A DNA stretch of 60,629 nucleotides, filler included, from Basidiobolus meristosporus CBS 931.73 (lineage: Eukaryota; Fungi; Basidiobolomycota), in assembly GCA_002104905.1 (NCBI GenBank). It is 3 parts of 3 records of this genome, joined end to end, with 100 filler letters (N's around TTAATTAATTAA, not from the genome) between each part and the next. Parts side by side here need not be neighbours in the genome. Positions count along the whole stretch, not along the records: positions 45,211 to 60,629 come from MCFE01001148.1; 2 more parts are not named here. One strand, given 5' to 3'. The notes under the pieces were generated by a model. It was not told where the DNA came from and ran no database searches. It saw only the letters and a program-made list of their open reading frames with translations. A program made the position numbers and the translations under genes. This document shows positions 58,601 to 60,629 of the stretch, one piece after another (positions within the stretch are counted from its first letter, which is position 1; each line of letters begins with the position of its first letter).

Positions 58601-60629
58601 ACACTTGATTGCCTCCAACACTTGTGTATATTGTTGGCAATTGACTTTTTTCACCCTCCTTACTTCCTGACTCCAATATTGCTCATATTTATCATTCATC
58701 CAAACTTGTTTGTTTCTGTTCAGTCTTCAGTTGTCACTCAATTCCAATTTTACTGACATATAAGTCCCTTTACCCAACACTAACATTAAGCCCAACCTCT
58801 CACTCATCAAGTGACTCTATTAGAATTCACTATTCAATTGGTATTTCTGCCATCACACTCCTTACCCCTAATTTAAGCAGGAACACTATGGCTATATGCC
58901 AGTGTTCAATCACTGATTCTCATATGTCCTGGTATTCACCTGGCTCTGCAAGGTCTGGCATCTCAGCTGCCAGTTCTTGCACTACATCATTTCAGTATAC
59001 AAATCGATTTTCTTAAGCACTGCTCTTGAAGTGCTTCCACCTCTTGGGTGCCTATTAAGGTTCTAAAATTTCACTGTAGGAATTATCATTGTCTTCTGAG
59101 TCCTTCATGATGTTGCTTTGTCTGTTGGCAGGATCTCCACTCTGACTACAATGCAGGATGTGGAGGCTGTGGTAGACAGATTGCCTGTATCTGCTAGCTC
59201 ATGTATAGCACTGGAGTGCAGCTCAACTAGTGGCACTTCTAACTCTTGAGAAAGAAGCTGTTATATGGTTGCAACATGCTCCTGGTGTTTAGCTGCAGGA
59301 CACTTCCCTATGAAAAATATTTTGGTCCTGTGGGTGGATCCAATCAGGATCAGCTGTTAGGATCCCATTAAGGGACCATCATAATACCAGCAGCTTGAAA
59401 TTAGAGACCCTCTTAACAATCTTATGACAGGATCACAACAGTATTTGCTAATTTTCCTACAAAATAAAGTGTTAAAACTTGATAGGGCTTGATTGGTGCT
59501 GTGACAATAATTACATGTATTGTTGTGGTCTTATTGCGCTCTACAACTATTGTAAGTGGATCCAACTGGCCAGGTTATCTAATTGCTTTATATGGCAAGA
59601 TATTTGAAAGTATCTTAGTGATCTCTAAGCAAAACCCTGATAGTATTATATCAGCAGTATGGCAGCCTACAGCTAGTTCAGTATAATGCTACCATACCAA
59701 TTTACCAAATGGAATTTTCAATTTCTACCTCCCCTTGTGCAGCTTATATACTCCACCATAGAATCACCACTCTTTATTTGCTTACCCACCACTACCTTGG
59801 GTATTCCACATAGAGCTTGAATCAAAAAAACTATGGCCTCCTGCTCACTAACCTCTACAAATGCACACACCTGCTGCAATTGATATACTTCTATCACCTC
59901 AACTTTACAGCTTTTTAGTGTGATACTTGCCAAGTTGCCATATACCTTGTACTGCTGGTAACATATACATCTTGCAAACATATGCTTGGTTGTGTGACTT
60001 CTGCCATAAATACCTCCTGATTATCCACAAAGAACTTCTTGGTATTTAGCCAATATATTCATTCTCCCTGCTGGATTATAGTCCCCCTTATAGGTGTGCT
60101 CTGGCACTTGCTTGTGTGGATTCCAAATTGCATGGTGTAGAAGTAGGCTTATAACCAGGAGAAATCTGGCATACCTTGGTAGAGTTTACCTAATAAAAAT
60201 TAGTTTGCTTGTGGCACCCAACCCAACTTTGCATTACTTAACTGAATACCCACACATTGGGGCTGCTTATCTTCTTAATGCCATAGGCATAGGTATCTCC
60301 ATGTACACATCTGTCCTGAGTATTTTCCAACTCCTCCTGGCTGTCCTTCATGTGCCAACACATCACATCCATGACAGACTTGAAGGTAATAGTCTTGATG
60401 AGATTGGGATATGATAGTACCTGCAACTTGGCTTGTCTTTCATATCTCCCCACACAACCGCTCCATAGAAAACTCCCAAAAGGTGAAGCAAGGCCCAATA
60501 TTATCCACACACTGTGCAAGATGGAGTAGAGAATGGATACAGTAGTGATAGAGATCTATGCATTCAGCTTTATATTTTGTAGTATGGCCACTCAAATCCC
60601 ATTAAAAACTCCTTGCACAACAGCTCTAG
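55680..60629. mobile_element. Further CACTA-family debris, with ends at about 58385 (ORF2 side) and 59306 (Tnp2 side, running off the window)
   Basis: GCCTATGAAAAATTATTGTGATG at 58385 and CCCTATGAAAAATATTTTGGTCC at 59306. 59400-60629 is homologous to 21200-22450. 55680-58380 is too decayed for exact boundaries. Confidence 0.65.

Overview
Eukaryotic, almost certainly fungal, genomic window (about 41% GC by eye). An early-diverging lineage is inferred from the bHLH sequence but not confirmed. It is a transposable-element nest between two small CpG-rich host-gene islands. One island is a bHLH-ZIP transcription factor running off the left edge (minus strand, absent from the ORF track). The other is the C-terminus of an MFS sugar porter just after the second scaffold gap. 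The rest is nested, CpG-depleted TEs: two related Ty3/Gypsy elements plus an unrelated third; several Ty1/Copia pieces with 345-350 bp LTRs, including a solo LTR with a perfect 5-bp TSD; and a CMC/EnSpm (CACTA, Tnp2) family with CCCTATG termini and a divergent unknown second ORF (three near-complete copies plus debris). A PIF/Harbinger-like family with AGACTTGTTCC termini is present in four forms: a young two-ORF element, a decayed copy, a 211-bp mini-element and two ~730-bp fold-back MITEs. The most striking signals are (1) an intact Harbinger-type transposase ORF with zero CpG and all 28 Arg codons AGA/AGG, inside an element that is otherwise CpG-rich; (2) a ~1-kb palindrome made of a fold-back MITE flanked by inverted LTR copies; (3) exactly 10-bp-phased TGCC arrays at this family's ends. 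Coordinates were read by hand. Identity values are eye estimates and no database search was run.
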